Under the pieces are notes generated by a model that was not told where the DNA came from, did not search any database, and saw nothing but the letters and a program-made list of their open reading frames with translations. From NCBI GenBank assembly GCA_009859145.1, contig VRVR01000007.1:302448-366447 (forward strand): 64,000 nt of DNA, in the 5' to 3' direction. Below are positions 50,273-61,975 of this stretch, in pieces. The position numbers and the translations under genes were made by a program. Source of the DNA: Andalucia godoyi And28 (lineage: Eukaryota; Protista; Jakobida). Position 1 is the stretch's first letter. Every line of letters starts with the position of its first letter.

Positions 50273-52831
50273 ATGGGATTTGGGCTTTCGAACGGGCTTT
50301 TGCGAAATGTGATTGCAACGCGGTACGAGATTCATTTGATTCCGGATGTTTCGACGTTTACGACGTTTGCCGGGCAGGTCGCGATTGATTTTGAGGTTGC
50401 TGAGAAGTGCGACAGTGTCGTGCTGAATGCGTTTGAGTTGATTATCGACTTGGCTATTGTGGGCGGATGTGGGCGCTGCAAATCCGTCGAGTATGACTCC
50501 GGAACACAGACGGTGAGGTTTCAGCTTGGACGATCGTTTGAGCCGAAGCAGAGATTCCAGCTCGTTGTATCGTACCGAGGTGTTTTGAACGATCAAATGG
50601 TTGGGTTCTATCGGTCAAAAACATCCCTTGGGACGTACTGTGCTGTGTCGCAGATGGAAGACATCTACTTTCGGAGAGCCGTGCCCTCGCAGGACCACCC
50701 GTTGTTCAAAGCGACGTTTGCGATCCGCATGACGGTGCCTTCCGGATTTACCTGCCTGTCCAATATGCCTGCAAAGACGAGCGAGGCTTTGCTGGATGGT
50801 GGGGATGATGGCGACGGCGGACTTGTGCGACATGTGTTTGAAGATACACCGCGGATGTCCACTTACTTGTGTGCGTTTATCGTGGGGAAGTTTGATGCGG
50901 TTCAAGCGACGACGGACTCTGGAGTGCTGATTCGCGTATTTGTGCCTGTGGGTCAGCAGAGGCGAGGGTTGTTTGCACTGGATGTTGCTGTGAAGGGGCT
51001 CGGCTATTTTGAAAGCTTCTTTGATTCCAAGTATCCGCTTCCGAAGCTGGACTTAATTGCAGTCCCGGACCATCCATTCGAGGCAATGGAAAACTGGGGC
51101 GCTCTCGTGTTTAGCGAAAGCCATCTGCTTTGCGATGATTCCACGTCGGTCGACGTCCGCCAGAATATCGCGCTGGTAATCCTACATGAAATCTCGCATT
51201 GCTGGTTTGGAAATTTGGTGACGTTCCGAGACTGGAATGGCCTATGGCTTAACGAAGGGTTTGCTACGTGGGCTGAACACGTTGCTTGCGACGCACTGTT
51301 TCCGGAGTGGAACGTGTTTCGCAAGTTTGTTTCCTGCGACGGTGCCAGCGCTCTCAAACTGGCTTCTCTAGAGTCTGCGCACCCTGTGGATGTCCCCATC
51401 CAGTCGGAGTCGGAGATCAACGAGATCTTCGATGCCATTTCGTATCAGTTTGGATGTTGGCTGATTCGAATGCTGTATCAGGCACTGGGGGCCACGGAGA
51501 TGCGGGATGGCATACGAAAGTATCTACGAACGCATGCGTACTCCAACGCCAAGACTGAGGACCTGTGGGCTTCCCTGGGGTCCTCATGCGGCCTGGATCT
51601 GCAGACGCTGATGAGCACATGGTCGAAAAAGAGCGGATATCCGCTTCTTTCGGTGCTAGAAGAGAGGGAAGGGCTGTGGCAGGTTCGTCAATCGAGATTC
51701 CTGCTCTCCGGTACCGTGTTTCCTGAAAACGACGTGCTGGACAGGAATCCTCTGTGGAGCATACCCATTTCACCAGGCACGTTCGCAAGCGATAGAGAAT
51801 TTGCGTTGAAGGCCCCCGTAACCGGAAAACTCAACGAGGGGCAGTATTTTCCGTACCGCGTGTTGTACACACCGTCTCAGTGGAAGCGTCTCATCGCCTC
51901 GCTGCCTTCGTTTCCAGACCCCCTTGATAGATTCGGGCTTGGTGACGATGCGTGCGCTCTTTCTTTTGCTGGTTTCCTCGCTCCAGATATCTTCTTGGAC
52001 GTCTTTGCAGCTCTGGCACGGGAAAAGGAGGATGATGTTGCAGCGTGGAACCTGGTCGGGAGTGTTCTAGGGTTGCTGTCCTCTGCTTTGCACGAATATC
52101 GCCCATTGTTCAGAATGTTCGTCTGCAAGTTGCTGAAGCCAGCATTGTTCCGGACGGGCTATCATTTTCTCGCAGCGGATTCGAGCAGCTCTTCACTTAT
52201 TCGGGAATTGCTGCTGTCGTGGCTATCGTATGTCGGAGACGAGGACACTGTGGAATGGGTTCGCACGTCGTTTGCCCATCGTTTGATAGCGCCCCTACAT
52301 CCAAGCGCCCGCTGCGTTGTGTATTCTTGTCACGTTCGCAGTTTTCAAGGTCTTGACGATGTTCTGTCGATTTTGGAGTCCGCAGCTACTGAGGAAGAAC
52401 GAGAGGACTGCATCCGTGCGCTGGGATGCGCTACAAAGCCGGAAGGAATTCGCCGTATTTTAGACTGTGCTCTGGATGAAAATGTGGTGCGAACTCAAAA
52501 TCTCTGCCCCCTGCTGTCTGCGATTTCCAGAGAAACAGCGGATGGAGAGACGGCTGCATGGGAATGGATCAAGACGAATTGGATCCTTATTTTGCATCGA
52601 TATGCGGACTGTGGAGCTCTCATTGGACGGTTGCTGCAGGGGACGTTGTCGCATGTTTGTTCCCAGACACTGTTTGCAGACGTGTCGAAATTCTTGGTCG
52701 ACAACACACCCCATTCTGCTGCGCGATCCGTCAAACAGACTCTTGAGTTCATGGAGGCAAACATTCGGTGGAAACGGCGAGATGGCGAAGCAATTGTGTC
52801 GTGGCTACGGAGATTTGGCCAAGACGCCTGA
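50273..52831 (+). CDS. M1 family zinc aminopeptidase (puromycin-sensitive-like), ~852 aa
   Basis: TPRMSTYL, EAMENWG, HEISH-x18-E zinc motif, FDAISY catalytic Tyr and an ERAP1_C-like helical tail. Confidence 0.92.
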   Translation: MGFGLSNGLLRNVIATRYEIHLIPDVSTFTTFAGQVAIDFEVAEKCDSVVLNAFELIIDLAIVGGCGRCKSVEYDSGTQTVRFQLGRSFEPKQRFQLVVSYRGVLNDQMVGFYRSKTSLGTYCAVSQMEDIYFRRAVPSQDHPLFKATFAIRMTVPSGFTCLSNMPAKTSEALLDGGDDGDGGLVRHVFEDTPRMSTYLCAFIVGKFDAVQATTDSGVLIRVFVPVGQQRRGLFALDVAVKGLGYFESFFDSKYPLPKLDLIAVPDHPFEAMENWGALVFSESHLLCDDSTSVDVRQNIALVILHEISHCWFGNLVTFRDWNGLWLNEGFATWAEHVACDALFPEWNVFRKFVSCDGASALKLASLESAHPVDVPIQSESEINEIFDAISYQFGCWLIRMLYQALGATEMRDGIRKYLRTHAYSNAKTEDLWASLGSSCGLDLQTLMSTWSKKSGYPLLSVLEEREGLWQVRQSRFLLSGTVFPENDVLDRNPLWSIPISPGTFASDREFALKAPVTGKLNEGQYFPYRVLYTPSQWKRLIASLPSFPDPLDRFGLGDDACALSFAGFLAPDIFLDVFAALAREKEDDVAAWNLVGSVLGLLSSALHEYRPLFRMFVCKLLKPALFRTGYHFLAADSSSSSLIRELLLSWLSYVGDEDTVEWVRTSFAHRLIAPLHPSARCVVYSCHVRSFQGLDDVLSILESAATEEEREDCIRALGCATKPEGIRRILDCALDENVVRTQNLCPLLSAISRETADGETAAWEWIKTNWILILHRYADCGALIGRLLQGTLSHVCSQTLFADVSKFLVDNTPHSAARSVKQTLEFMEANIRWKRRDGEAIVSWLRRFGQDA

Positions 52832-53006
52832 ATAACTGAGTCTTTTTCAATTTTTTCCCTGTCTTTCGCGACGGCCTCTGTCTTTTTTCCTTGTCTCCTC
52901 TGCTTTGTTTGCTCATGCATTCTCTGGCGGTCAGGCTTCGAGTGGATGCTGCGATAATGTGCATCATTCTTTACTGTACAGAGGAGAGGAACATAAGCAA
53001 GACAAA

Positions 53007-53060
53007 ACAATCGCAACAATCGCAACAATCGCAACAATCGCAACAATCGCAACAACCGCA
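53007..53060. repeat. 9-bp tandem repeat (ACAATCGCA)x5 plus one variant
   Basis: Counted directly; lies in the convergent 3' spacer. Confidence 0.95.
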
Positions 53061-53188
53061 ACAAACAAGCAAACAAAAACAAAAAAGCACGCACTCCAGT
53101 GGTTAAGCAGCCATAACATGTGGGTACTTCGACTCGGCATCCTGTATGCCCGACAATGAAATGGCACATGCGCCGAAAAAACGACGAC

Positions 53189-54373
53189 CTAGAAAGACTT
53201 TGGAGGTGAAGCTGTGCCAAGCAGTAGCGAGCCAGTCATGCCGGAGTTTGCCATTGCTGTTGCACATGTGTGGAACAGCGCGGACTCGAGAGCAAGTTGT
53301 CGAGACTTTGCTTCCAAGGAGTCTGCAGCATCTTGGACAAGTTTTGAAGCAGAGATGGGCGGAATGTCGTGAGGGAGCTTCTGTGGATTGGAAGCGGTGG
53401 TCACAGGCTCGTGCGCTGGCAGCGCCGTAGGTTGCAGAAGTGAGTCTTGGGTGTCGTATGAGCAGTCCCATAGAACAAGGTTTTCTGCCGCAGCCAGACC
53501 CATTGTGCGTACATTGCACGAGTCGTGGCCTTGGAGAAGCTGCTCCACCTGCACCACGGACACGGATCCCTTGCCAACCTGCAGCAGAACCGCCATCATG
53601 CATCGCACTTGGTGGTACAGGAAGCTTGATCCTCGAATGTGAAAGGCATAGATGGGAAACTGTGGAACGTGAAGCCCGGACAGTTTGATGATTCTCGATT
53701 CGTAGACGTCGCGAAGAAACGACCCACAGGACTCCTCGTCTTCTGCCGCAGCAGTTTCGTCGAACTCGGCGTTCGGAGCCACAAGGCCTGGGCCACTACC
53801 CGCAGAACCAGACGATGCACGGCTTCGCGAAGGTCTGCACAGCAACTGAAAGTTAACTTGGGATCCCACAAACCTTGCAGCGGCACTGTTCATTTCGCAC
53901 ACGTCAAGGCTGCCGTTCTCTGGAGCACCAAATAAGTACAAGTACGTCCGCGATTTGCAAATAAACCGCGCATGAAACGTCTCGGATGCTCTTTGAGCCT
54001 GGTATATCCGAATGGACTCAGGGAGCGACTTGTTCATGCTCTTCACAAACAGCGATAGATCCTGCATCTGCCGAACCCTCAACGACACCACCTGTCCCAT
54101 TGCCGACACGCCCTTGTCAGTACGACCGCACCTTGAATACGAAATCACGTGTCGGTTTGTGCTCGGAACCATGTTTGTACGAACCAGCGCGCGAAACATA
54201 TAGTCTTCTACAGAGCTCCCCGAGTCATCCAAGAAGTAGTCATGCGTCATCGAATGTGACGTTGCGAACCCTTGAAATGCTGGTCCATAGTAAAAAAACT
54301 TGACTGCAATCGGCTCGATCACCTGTTTTGTCCAGTCCATCACTTTCCGCCGCTTCGCTTCTCGACTAATCAT
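53189..54373 (-). CDS. PUS3: tRNA pseudouridine synthase, TruA family (Pus3/Deg1-like), ~394 aa
   Basis: YSRCGRTDKGVSAMGQV catalytic Asp motif, FHARFICKSRTYLY and GSSFLYHQVRCMM. Confidence 0.85.
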   Translation of the reverse strand: MISREAKRRKVMDWTKQVIEPIAVKFFYYGPAFQGFATSHSMTHDYFLDDSGSSVEDYMFRALVRTNMVPSTNRHVISYSRCGRTDKGVSAMGQVVSLRVRQMQDLSLFVKSMNKSLPESIRIYQAQRASETFHARFICKSRTYLYLFGAPENGSLDVCEMNSAAARFVGSQVNFQLLCRPSRSRASSGSAGSGPGLVAPNAEFDETAAAEDEESCGSFLRDVYESRIIKLSGLHVPQFPIYAFHIRGSSFLYHQVRCMMAVLLQVGKGSVSVVQVEQLLQGHDSCNVRTMGLAAAENLVLWDCSYDTQDSLLQPTALPAHEPVTTASNPQKLPHDIPPISASKLVQDAADSLEAKSRQLALESALFHTCATAMANSGMTGSLLLGTASPPKSF

Positions 54374-54386
54374 CTTTTCACTCACT

Positions 54387-54400
54387 CACACACACACACA

Positions 54401-54442
<42 letters not shown>
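54387..54442. repeat. Compound (CA)n(CT)n(CA)n microsatellite just upstream of the PUS3 start
   Basis: Direct reading. Confidence 0.95.
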
Positions 54443-54443
<1 letters not shown>

Positions 54444-54598
54444 TCACTCACTCCGTCTCACTCTCCTGAATTTATCCTTTGTGGAAAACCCGACTGTCCA
54501 TTCGGGGCTCTGTCTCAAGTGATGCTCTCTTCTTTCTGCGCTGCAAAACTCAAGAAACGTACAACAGGCAAGTAGTGCTGACCAGGCTGGCGGCCGGC

Positions 54599-55921
54599 TT
54601 AGACGCTGATGGAGCGTTCGCGAATCCAGATGTTCACTGCAAACTTCTGCCAATCGGTATGCAGAATGGGACGGCCTGAGTGCCATGTCCTCCAGTCTTC
54701 CTGCAGCGCTGTGAGCGATCTTCCCTTTTCGACATCTGACACGGAGACATAATGATTGGAATACGCGGTCTGCTGCAACTCTCGAGACAACAAGCGCAAA
54801 GGCTGGTCTCCACTGACATCACACAGCACACAGTTGGGCCAACATGCAACGCGGCCTTGGCGCGGAACAACCTGCACGCCGAGTGAATCAAACCTCGTTG
54901 CGCCTCCGTACTGGTCGTCTTGGAGATTGGGGGGTGAATTCAGGTACAACAGCATCGTCATGCGCCGTTGTCCACCACGCTCCAGAAACGTATTGTCTAC
55001 TTTCCGACCAGGAACCATAAAGTCAACGTGCGACACATACTGCTGTCCGCACCGGTAGCGCACTATCTGGAGATCCTCCATCCACGACTCCGTACACCCA
55101 GTGTACGCTTCAATTCGATGCACCAAATGCCGTACAGCTTCGACGAACGCCGAAGAATCCGTGTCCTGAATCTCGCCGGGAACGCCAGATGCACTGCTTG
55201 CGTACCAGCCTCTTGGGATCGTCCATGATGAAGAGGTTCGTTCTACCTCCACAGCTTTTGACCCGGATGAGCCCGAGAGTGAGATCGACGAGGAAAACAG
55301 TCGGTCTTGGTGCTTCACAACAAACCTCAACATTGATTCGCATGCCCCAGAGTCTAGAAAGGAGTCTGCCACACACAACGGAAAAGCCGCGGTTACGCGA
55401 GACACGTTCTTCAGCATGTCTAATCCGGAAGCACGCTTCCTTTCGTCAACATAGCGTTCCATGCAGTGCGCCAGGTCGGTGCTGCACAAGGCAACAGAGA
55501 TTTGAAGCGAAGGATACCGAGATGCAACACGATCACAATATGCAGAAAGGACACAGCTTTTCTTGTTCCACTCCACAGCCGACACTCCGAGTCCGATGAG
55601 ATGATACACAACATGCAACCTTGTCTTGGATGCATCGAGAACAACGATACCAAACGGTAACAACAGCACGCAGGAATCGGCGATCCCAGACACGAGACGC
55701 TTGACAGCATGCAATGTGTTTTCCCGCTGACCGACTTGCAGTTTTGGATGGTGGAACGGCGAGTAGACCGAGTAGGTGTTCCCTGATTGAATTTCATTCA
55801 CCACCGTCTTTTCAGCGGATCCGGGAAAAAAACGACCAGTGGTTCCCACGCTGTCCACATCAAACTGCACTTGGCAGTTTGGAACCACGAGTGCAGCTCG
55901 CAGCCATGATTCCACGCTCAT
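54599..55921 (-). CDS. Prolyl-4-hydroxylase-like 2OG-Fe(II) dioxygenase with an extra N-terminal domain, 440 aa
   Basis: EDLQIVRY..GQQYVSHVDF (HxD), RRMTMLLYLN, GGATRF, TWHSG (distal His) and KFAVNIWIRE. Confidence 0.85.
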   Translation of the reverse strand: MSVESWLRAALVVPNCQVQFDVDSVGTTGRFFPGSAEKTVVNEIQSGNTYSVYSPFHHPKLQVGQRENTLHAVKRLVSGIADSCVLLLPFGIVVLDASKTRLHVVYHLIGLGVSAVEWNKKSCVLSAYCDRVASRYPSLQISVALCSTDLAHCMERYVDERKRASGLDMLKNVSRVTAAFPLCVADSFLDSGACESMLRFVVKHQDRLFSSSISLSGSSGSKAVEVERTSSSWTIPRGWYASSASGVPGEIQDTDSSAFVEAVRHLVHRIEAYTGCTESWMEDLQIVRYRCGQQYVSHVDFMVPGRKVDNTFLERGGQRRMTMLLYLNSPPNLQDDQYGGATRFDSLGVQVVPRQGRVACWPNCVLCDVSGDQPLRLLSRELQQTAYSNHYVSVSDVEKGRSLTALQEDWRTWHSGRPILHTDWQKFAVNIWIRERSISV

Positions 55922-56320
55922 TCTTGGGCTATCCCAAACAAACGAAGGTGGCGGAGAAGAAATCTGCAGAAATCCCGCAGCAGCTTACTTTGCAAGCATG
56001 AAAGAAAAGAAAGAAAAACACTAGAAAGGAAGGCGTAAACTTCAAACTCTGAAACACTCGAACGCTGGAACGCGCCGAAAAGGATTTTGAACTGAACTGC
56101 AATGAAAATGGACGAGTGGAATATGGACTTGTCGAGATCCAGAGGAAGAAGAAGAAGAAGAAAACTTGGTTTAAAGAAAATAAATAAATAAATAACAATT
56201 TAAAAAGGCAAAGCAACGGGGCAATGTACTCTTGCAAGGAGCACAAAGGACTTCCCAGAAAAAGAAGGAAAGAAGAAAGGAGGGAAAGAAGAAAGGAGGG
56301 AAAGAGCCAATTTGTATTTC

Positions 56321-57058
56321 CTACATGTACGAGTCGATGAGGGAGGCCTTCATTTCCCCGGTGATTTGCTGTGGCTGTGCATTTCTGAGTTTAAAGATTG
56401 ATTCGATGACCGAGATTTCCGTACTTGTGGTATCGAGTCCGCAGAAGGCAGCCCAGTCGTTCACAACAAGCCCGGCACCGATGACGTCCGAACCTCGATT
56501 GACGGTTCCGGCAACCAACGGAACCTGCAACAAACTGGAGAGTTCGTCTTGTTGTTCGATTGGTGTTCTTGGATGGACAAGACCGCCCTGGTTTGTGAAC
56601 GTGCAGTACGATCCAACGAGCACATTTCCCGCAATTGTCGTTCGGAACACCTCTACTCCAAGCGTATCAGCCAAGATCTCCTCGGTCTCACGGTCGATTT
56701 CCGGATGGCAAATCGCCACATGGTCGTTCGTCGCAATGCAGTTTCCCAGTGCTGAAAGTCGTTCCTCCACTCTTTGGACTTTCACGGAGTCCGGAAGCGA
56801 GTTTCGGATGTGCATAAGCTCCTGATCAGTCGTCCCAGAAGGCAGCAGCAGCCCTTTTCGGTTCCCAACCGTCAGCCGACCCACAATCCGGCATCCTGCT
56901 ACCGTGCAGTACACCACAGGAATATGGTCCGCAAGTTCCGACTCGAACACAGAGTAGAAATTCTGAGATCCACCAATCGCCACAAGACTGTATGCATTCG
57001 TAAGACGAGAAAACACGCCAATCTCGGACGAATTCTCAAAAACCGCGCGGACTGCCAT
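56321..57058 (-). CDS. EIF6: Eukaryotic translation initiation factor 6, 245 aa
   Basis: [23 protein letters not shown]...[21 protein letters not shown]; near-canonical. Confidence 0.98.
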   Translation of the reverse strand: MAVRAVFENSSEIGVFSRLTNAYSLVAIGGSQNFYSVFESELADHIPVVYCTVAGCRIVGRLTVGNRKGLLLPSGTTDQELMHIRNSLPDSVKVQRVEERLSALGNCIATNDHVAICHPEIDRETEEILADTLGVEVFRTTIAGNVLVGSYCTFTNQGGLVHPRTPIEQQDELSSLLQVPLVAGTVNRGSDVIGAGLVVNDWAAFCGLDTTSTEISVIESIFKLRNAQPQQITGEMKASLIDSYM

Positions 57059-57791
57059 TGATTGAGCTTAGGATTTCACAGTTGGAAGAAGAACGCCAAA
57101 TAAAATGAACAACGTGTCGTGTAGTACAGAGAAGTCAACCAACCAATCAAATAACACAATTAATATTTTAAATGTAAAATTTAAAATTTAGAAGGGAAAA
57201 AAAAAAGCAAATGACAAAGGAAAGATAATACAAAAACATTATATAAGAAAAGAAGGCGAAAGACAAAAACGCACCCCAATTGGACGATGCTTTGTGGGGT
57301 TTCCTCCCATTGAGAGAGGCAAAGCAAAGGAAAATGAAACAGCGAAAAAATCGCTTTCATGAATTAGGTGCGGAGACTTGAATCAACACGAGTCTTACAG
57401 CCGCTGCCTCGGAAGATGTCGGGAATTTTCGGAGCGTTCTCGGCCCGCGAGGAGTCACTTCGCGCCAAAACAGAATGACAAAAATCTCTTTCATGGTTTG
57501 GTCACCAAGCGTTCCCCCCCCTCGATCCCCAACCTTTGTGTCTCCGAGACCCGAGATCCCGACGCTGTTTCCTCCCCCAAATCCTCTTTGCGCCTTTCAT
57601 GTTTCTTCTATCCTCTTTCTTCTTTTCTTCTTTTCTTCTTTTTCTTTTTCTTCTTCCTCTTCTTTTCATTTCATTGTTTTATTCGTTTTCTTAAAAAGTC
57701 GTAATAGTTATAGTAATAATAATAATCCTTGTTCAAGAATTAAAAGTCTCGTGCAGCTAAAGAAGGACAAGAAGGAAGGGAGAGCGAAAAA

Positions 57792-60700
57792 ATGGTGTCG
57801 CGAGAATCGATTATTCGAAAGTTGTTCCAGGAGCGCATTTTGCTTATTGATGGAGCAATGGGAACCATGGTTCAGCGTCACAAGTTGCAGGAAAAGGATT
57901 TCCGAGGCAAGCGGTTTGTGGACCATTGTCATGACTTGAAAGGAAACAACGACATTCTTGTGCTTGTTCGCCCTGATGTGATTTCGGGGATCCACGAAGC
58001 ATATTTGGAAGCGGGAGCTGATATTGTCGAGACAAACACATTCAACGGGACGAGCATTTCGCAGTCTGATTACAAGATGGAGCACATTGTGTATGAAATC
58101 AACTTTACTGCGGCGAAACTGGCAAAAGCCGCCTGCGAAAAGTACTCTGCCATCACTCCGAACAAGCCCAGATTTGCGGCGGGTGCTATTGGACCAACGA
58201 ACCGGACGGCATCGATCTCGCCCTCCGTGGAGAATCCAGCATTCCGAAACGTAACGTTTATGGAACTGGTCACTGCATACAAGGAGCAGATTTCTGGACT
58301 GGTGGATGGTGGGGCGGACATCTTGCTGGTCGAAACGATCTTTGATACGCTGAACGCAAAGGCTGCCTTGTTTGCGATTGATGAGTACTGGGAGGAGCAC
58401 CCAGCCTCCGAGAGATTGCCGACAATGATTTCAGGAACCATTGTAGATTTGTCCGGGCGGACGCTGTCGGGACAGACCACAGAGGCATTCTACACGTCCG
58501 TGGCTCATGCGAAGCCTGTGTGCATTGGCCTGAACTGTGCTTTGGGTGCGGATCAGATGCGACCCTTCATGCAGCGACTCAGCAATATTGCAGAGTGCTT
58601 CACACTCGCATATCCAAATGCCGGATTGCCCAATGCAATGGGTGGATACGATGAGACGCCGCAGCAATTTGCAGAAGCCGTCAAACAGTTCGCACTTGGC
58701 GGCCTGTTGAACATGGCTGGTGGCTGCTGTGGAACCACGCCAGACCATATCCGTGCTCTTGCGAAGGCCGTGGAGGGAGTCCGGCCTCGTATCACCAGTG
58801 ATCCGTGCCCGTATTTACGGTTGTCTGGTTTGGAATGCTTCACTCTCACGCCCGATATCCGGTTCGTGAACGTTGGCGAACGGTGCAATGTTGCTGGATC
58901 TAAAGTTTTCAAAAAACACATCGTCGCAGGAGAGTACGACCAGGCGATGGAAATTGCTCGCAAGCAAGTGGAGAATGGTGCGCAGGTGATTGACATCAAT
59001 TTTGACGACGGGCTGTTGGACGCCCATACGTGCATGCGCCGGTTTCTGAATCTGGCAATGACGGAGCCCGAGATTGCAAAGGTCCCGGTGATGGTGGATT
59101 CTTCCAAGTTTTCGGCGGTTGAGGCCGGTCTGCAGTGCATCCAGGGCAAGTCTATTGTGAATTCGATTTCGCTGAAGGAGGGTGAGGAGGCGTTCATGCG
59201 CACTGCCAGGATTGTCAAGCGATATGGAGCCGCCGTGATCGTGATGGCTTTTGACGAAAACGGCCAGGCTGTGGATGCGGACCGCAAGTTTGCAATTTGT
59301 GAGCGCGCATATCGGTTGTTGGTCGACAAGATTGGCTTTCCTCCACAGGACGTCATTTTTGACCCGAATATTTTGACGATTGCCACCGGCATTGATGAGC
59401 ATAACAACTATGGCGTCGAGTTCATCGAGGCTACTCGTCGCATCCGACAGAATCTGCCTGGAGCACACGTCTCAGGTGGTGTCTCCAATTTGTCCTTCTC
59501 TTTCCGAGGCCTGCAGGATTTGCGGGAAGCGATGCATTCTGTCTTCTTGTACCACGCAATTACTGCGGGCATGGATATGGGTATCATTAATGCTGGAGCT
59601 CTCCCAATCTACGAAGACATTGACAAGAGTCTTCTTACTCTTCTTGAGGACGCAGTGCTGAACAAGAATCAGGAAGCCACAGAGAAGCTGCTGGAGGAAG
59701 CGCAACGACAGCGCGAGGCAGGCTCGCAGACGTCAGGGAAGACTGGAGTTTCCGCTGTTCAGGATGCTTGGCGCCTTTTGCCGGTGAACGACCGCCTCAA
59801 GCATGCCCTTGTGAAGGGTGTGGTGGAGTTCATCGACGAAGATGTTGAGCTTGCCCGCCAGGCTGCTACTCGTCCTCTGGATGTGATCGAAGGGCCCTTG
59901 ATGGCTGGCATGAACTATGTCGGCGATCTGTTCGGTGCTGGAAAGATGTTTCTCCCCCAGGTTATCAAATCCGCTCGTGTCATGAAGAGGGCAGTGGCGC
60001 ATCTCATTCCGTTCATGGAAGCCGAGAAGTTGAAGCAACAACAAGCGGCTGGTGAAGCCGAAACAGGAAACAGGCAGAAGACTGTCGTGCTTGCGACGGT
60101 GAAAGGTGATGTTCACGATATTGGAAAGAACATCGTCGGAGTCGTTCTGGGGTGCAACAACTATCGCGTTGTTGATCTGGGTGTCATGTGCCCCTGCGAG
60201 ACAATTCTGGATGCCGTCCTACGGGAGAAGGCCGATATCCTCGGCCTTTCCGGGCTTATCACTCCATCTCTTGACGAAATGGTTCATGTTTCCAGAGAGA
60301 TGCAGCGCCGAGGAATGGCTCCCCTGCCGATGCTCATCGGTGGAGCAACTACATCTCGCATGCACACTGCAGTGAAGATTGCCCCACAGTACAGCGGACC
60401 CGCAATTCATGTTCTGGATGCTTCGCGAGCTGTTGCCGTTTGTTCGGCCTTGCTGGATGATTCTCAACGTTCTACGTACATGGACGATATCCGCGAGACG
60501 TACCAGGAAATGCGCGAAGAACACGAAGCGTCCCTTTCCGACCGACGGTTCCTTTCGCTTGAGCAAGCTCGTGCACGCCGATTTAATATTGATGCCGAGC
60601 CCGTCAAGAAAGGATCTCTGAAACCCCGTGTAGTTGGTGTTCAGGTGCTGGATAACTTTCCCCTTGAGGACTTGATTCCGTTCATTGACTGGAATCCGTT

Positions 60701-61565
60701 CTTCCAGATTTGGCAAATCCGTGGCAAGTATCCCAATCGCAACTATCCCAAGGTCTTCGATGATGAGACTGTTGGAGAAGAGGCAAAGAAGTTGTTCAAT
60801 GATGCCCAGGCAATGCTCAAAGTTATCACGGACAAGAAGCTCTTGACTGCACGTGGTATTGTTGCCATCTATCCTGCACTGGCCCGCGGAGACGATGTTG
60901 TGTTGTTTGATCCGGAGAATGAGGCTGTGGAAATCGGTACTCTGCATGGGTTGCGTCAGCAAGCGGAGAAGGACAACGTAGGAGATGCGTATATGTGCAT
61001 TTCCGATTTTGTCCTCTCCGAGAACGCTGCGACTGCTGGAGTGAAGGACCATGTTGGTTTGTTTGCAGTTTCAACCGGATTCGGTCTGGATGCCTTGGTG
61101 CATCAGTATGAAAAGGTTGAAATGGATGACTATCGAGCCATCATGGCCAAGGCCATTGCAGATCGGCTTGCAGAAGCATTTGCCGAGCACTTGCACAAGC
61201 TGGTTCGTGAACAGACCTGGGGATATGCGTCTGGCGAGCACTTGTCCACAGACGACTTGCTACGAGTGAAGTACCAGGGCATCCGCCCAGCACCCGGCTA
61301 TCCGTCGCAGCCGGACCACACGGAAAAGCAAACCATGTGGGACATTGCGCGCATTTTCCAGCGGACGGGTATTGCTTTGACGGACTCCTTTGCAATGGTT
61401 CCTGCTGCATCTGTATCTGGGCTGTACTTTGCCCACCCGGACTCCAAGTATTTTGCAGTTGGAAAAGTGCAAAAGGATCAAATCGTGGACTACGCGCGAC
61501 GAAAGAACATGTCTCTGCAGGATGTCGAGCGCTGGCTGTCACCGATCCTCTCTTATGACCCATAA
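57792..61565 (+). CDS. MTR: Cobalamin-dependent methionine synthase, 1257 aa
   Basis: DGAMGT, GLNCALG and GGCCGT (Zn ligands), [10 protein letters not shown] pterin domain, [10 protein letters not shown]12-binding motif and GIRPAPGYP activation domain. Confidence 0.98.
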   Translation: MVSRESIIRKLFQERILLIDGAMGTMVQRHKLQEKDFRGKRFVDHCHDLKGNNDILVLVRPDVISGIHEAYLEAGADIVETNTFNGTSISQSDYKMEHIVYEINFTAAKLAKAACEKYSAITPNKPRFAAGAIGPTNRTASISPSVENPAFRNVTFMELVTAYKEQISGLVDGGADILLVETIFDTLNAKAALFAIDEYWEEHPASERLPTMISGTIVDLSGRTLSGQTTEAFYTSVAHAKPVCIGLNCALGADQMRPFMQRLSNIAECFTLAYPNAGLPNAMGGYDETPQQFAEAVKQFALGGLLNMAGGCCGTTPDHIRALAKAVEGVRPRITSDPCPYLRLSGLECFTLTPDIRFVNVGERCNVAGSKVFKKHIVAGEYDQAMEIARKQVENGAQVIDINFDDGLLDAHTCMRRFLNLAMTEPEIAKVPVMVDSSKFSAVEAGLQCIQGKSIVNSISLKEGEEAFMRTARIVKRYGAAVIVMAFDENGQAVDADRKFAICERAYRLLVDKIGFPPQDVIFDPNILTIATGIDEHNNYGVEFIEATRRIRQNLPGAHVSGGVSNLSFSFRGLQDLREAMHSVFLYHAITAGMDMGIINAGALPIYEDIDKSLLTLLEDAVLNKNQEATEKLLEEAQRQREAGSQTSGKTGVSAVQDAWRLLPVNDRLKHALVKGVVEFIDEDVELARQAATRPLDVIEGPLMAGMNYVGDLFGAGKMFLPQVIKSARVMKRAVAHLIPFMEAEKLKQQQAAGEAETGNRQKTVVLATVKGDVHDIGKNIVGVVLGCNNYRVVDLGVMCPCETILDAVLREKADILGLSGLITPSLDEMVHVSREMQRRGMAPLPMLIGGATTSRMHTAVKIAPQYSGPAIHVLDASRAVAVCSALLDDSQRSTYMDDIRETYQEMREEHEASLSDRRFLSLEQARARRFNIDAEPVKKGSLKPRVVGVQVLDNFPLEDLIPFIDWNPFFQIWQIRGKYPNRNYPKVFDDETVGEEAKKLFNDAQAMLKVITDKKLLTARGIVAIYPALARGDDVVLFDPENEAVEIGTLHGLRQQAEKDNVGDAYMCISDFVLSENAATAGVKDHVGLFAVSTGFGLDALVHQYEKVEMDDYRAIMAKAIADRLAEAFAEHLHKLVREQTWGYASGEHLSTDDLLRVKYQGIRPAPGYPSQPDHTEKQTMWDIARIFQRTGIALTDSFAMVPAASVSGLYFAHPDSKYFAVGKVQKDQIVDYARRKNMSLQDVERWLSPILSYDP

Positions 61566-61890
61566 TTCTTATCCCTTCTCCTTCCCAACGTGGCACCAAC
61601 TTTGCACTGCACCTTTTGTCTGGGCGGTATTGATTATTTTCTTCATCTTCTGTTTCTGTAATTCTCCAAAATAAGAAAACAGATGTGCGTCCTTAAAATG
61701 AAAGATACAATGAGAAAGCTGAGAAGCGCAATCACATACGTGTGATTTTACAGTGTAATAAATGAAACAGAACGAAAAGCAGGGCGATGCGGATGATGCA
61801 ACGATGCACCCATGGCATTGTCGGGAGCGAGAAGAAAAATTAAAAAACAAAAATTATAATAATATAATGTAAAGAAAGAAAAGAAAAGAA

Positions 61891-61956
61891 AAGAGAAGAA
61901 AGGAGAAGAAAAGAGAAGAAAGGAGAAGAAAGGAGAAGAAAGGAGAAGAAAGGAGA
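61891..61956. repeat. 10-bp tandem repeat (ARGAGAAGAA)n, ~6.5 units
   Basis: Direct reading. Confidence 0.9.
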
Positions 61957-61975
61957 CAAACAAAGATACTGGCAA

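Noticed and set aside
57355-57470. Cobalamin riboswitch upstream of MetH
   Set aside because: Only GAA..GGTG resembles the consensus; the CCCGC-ACTGT core and B12 box are absent.
58553-59468. Long antisense ORFs over MetH (284 and 217 aa)
   Set aside because: Typical antisense shadows of a conserved gene with biased codon usage.
47973-61565. Sulfur amino-acid gene cluster (cysK and MetH)
   Set aside because: Separated by ~9 kb and five unrelated genes; no evidence of a functional cluster.
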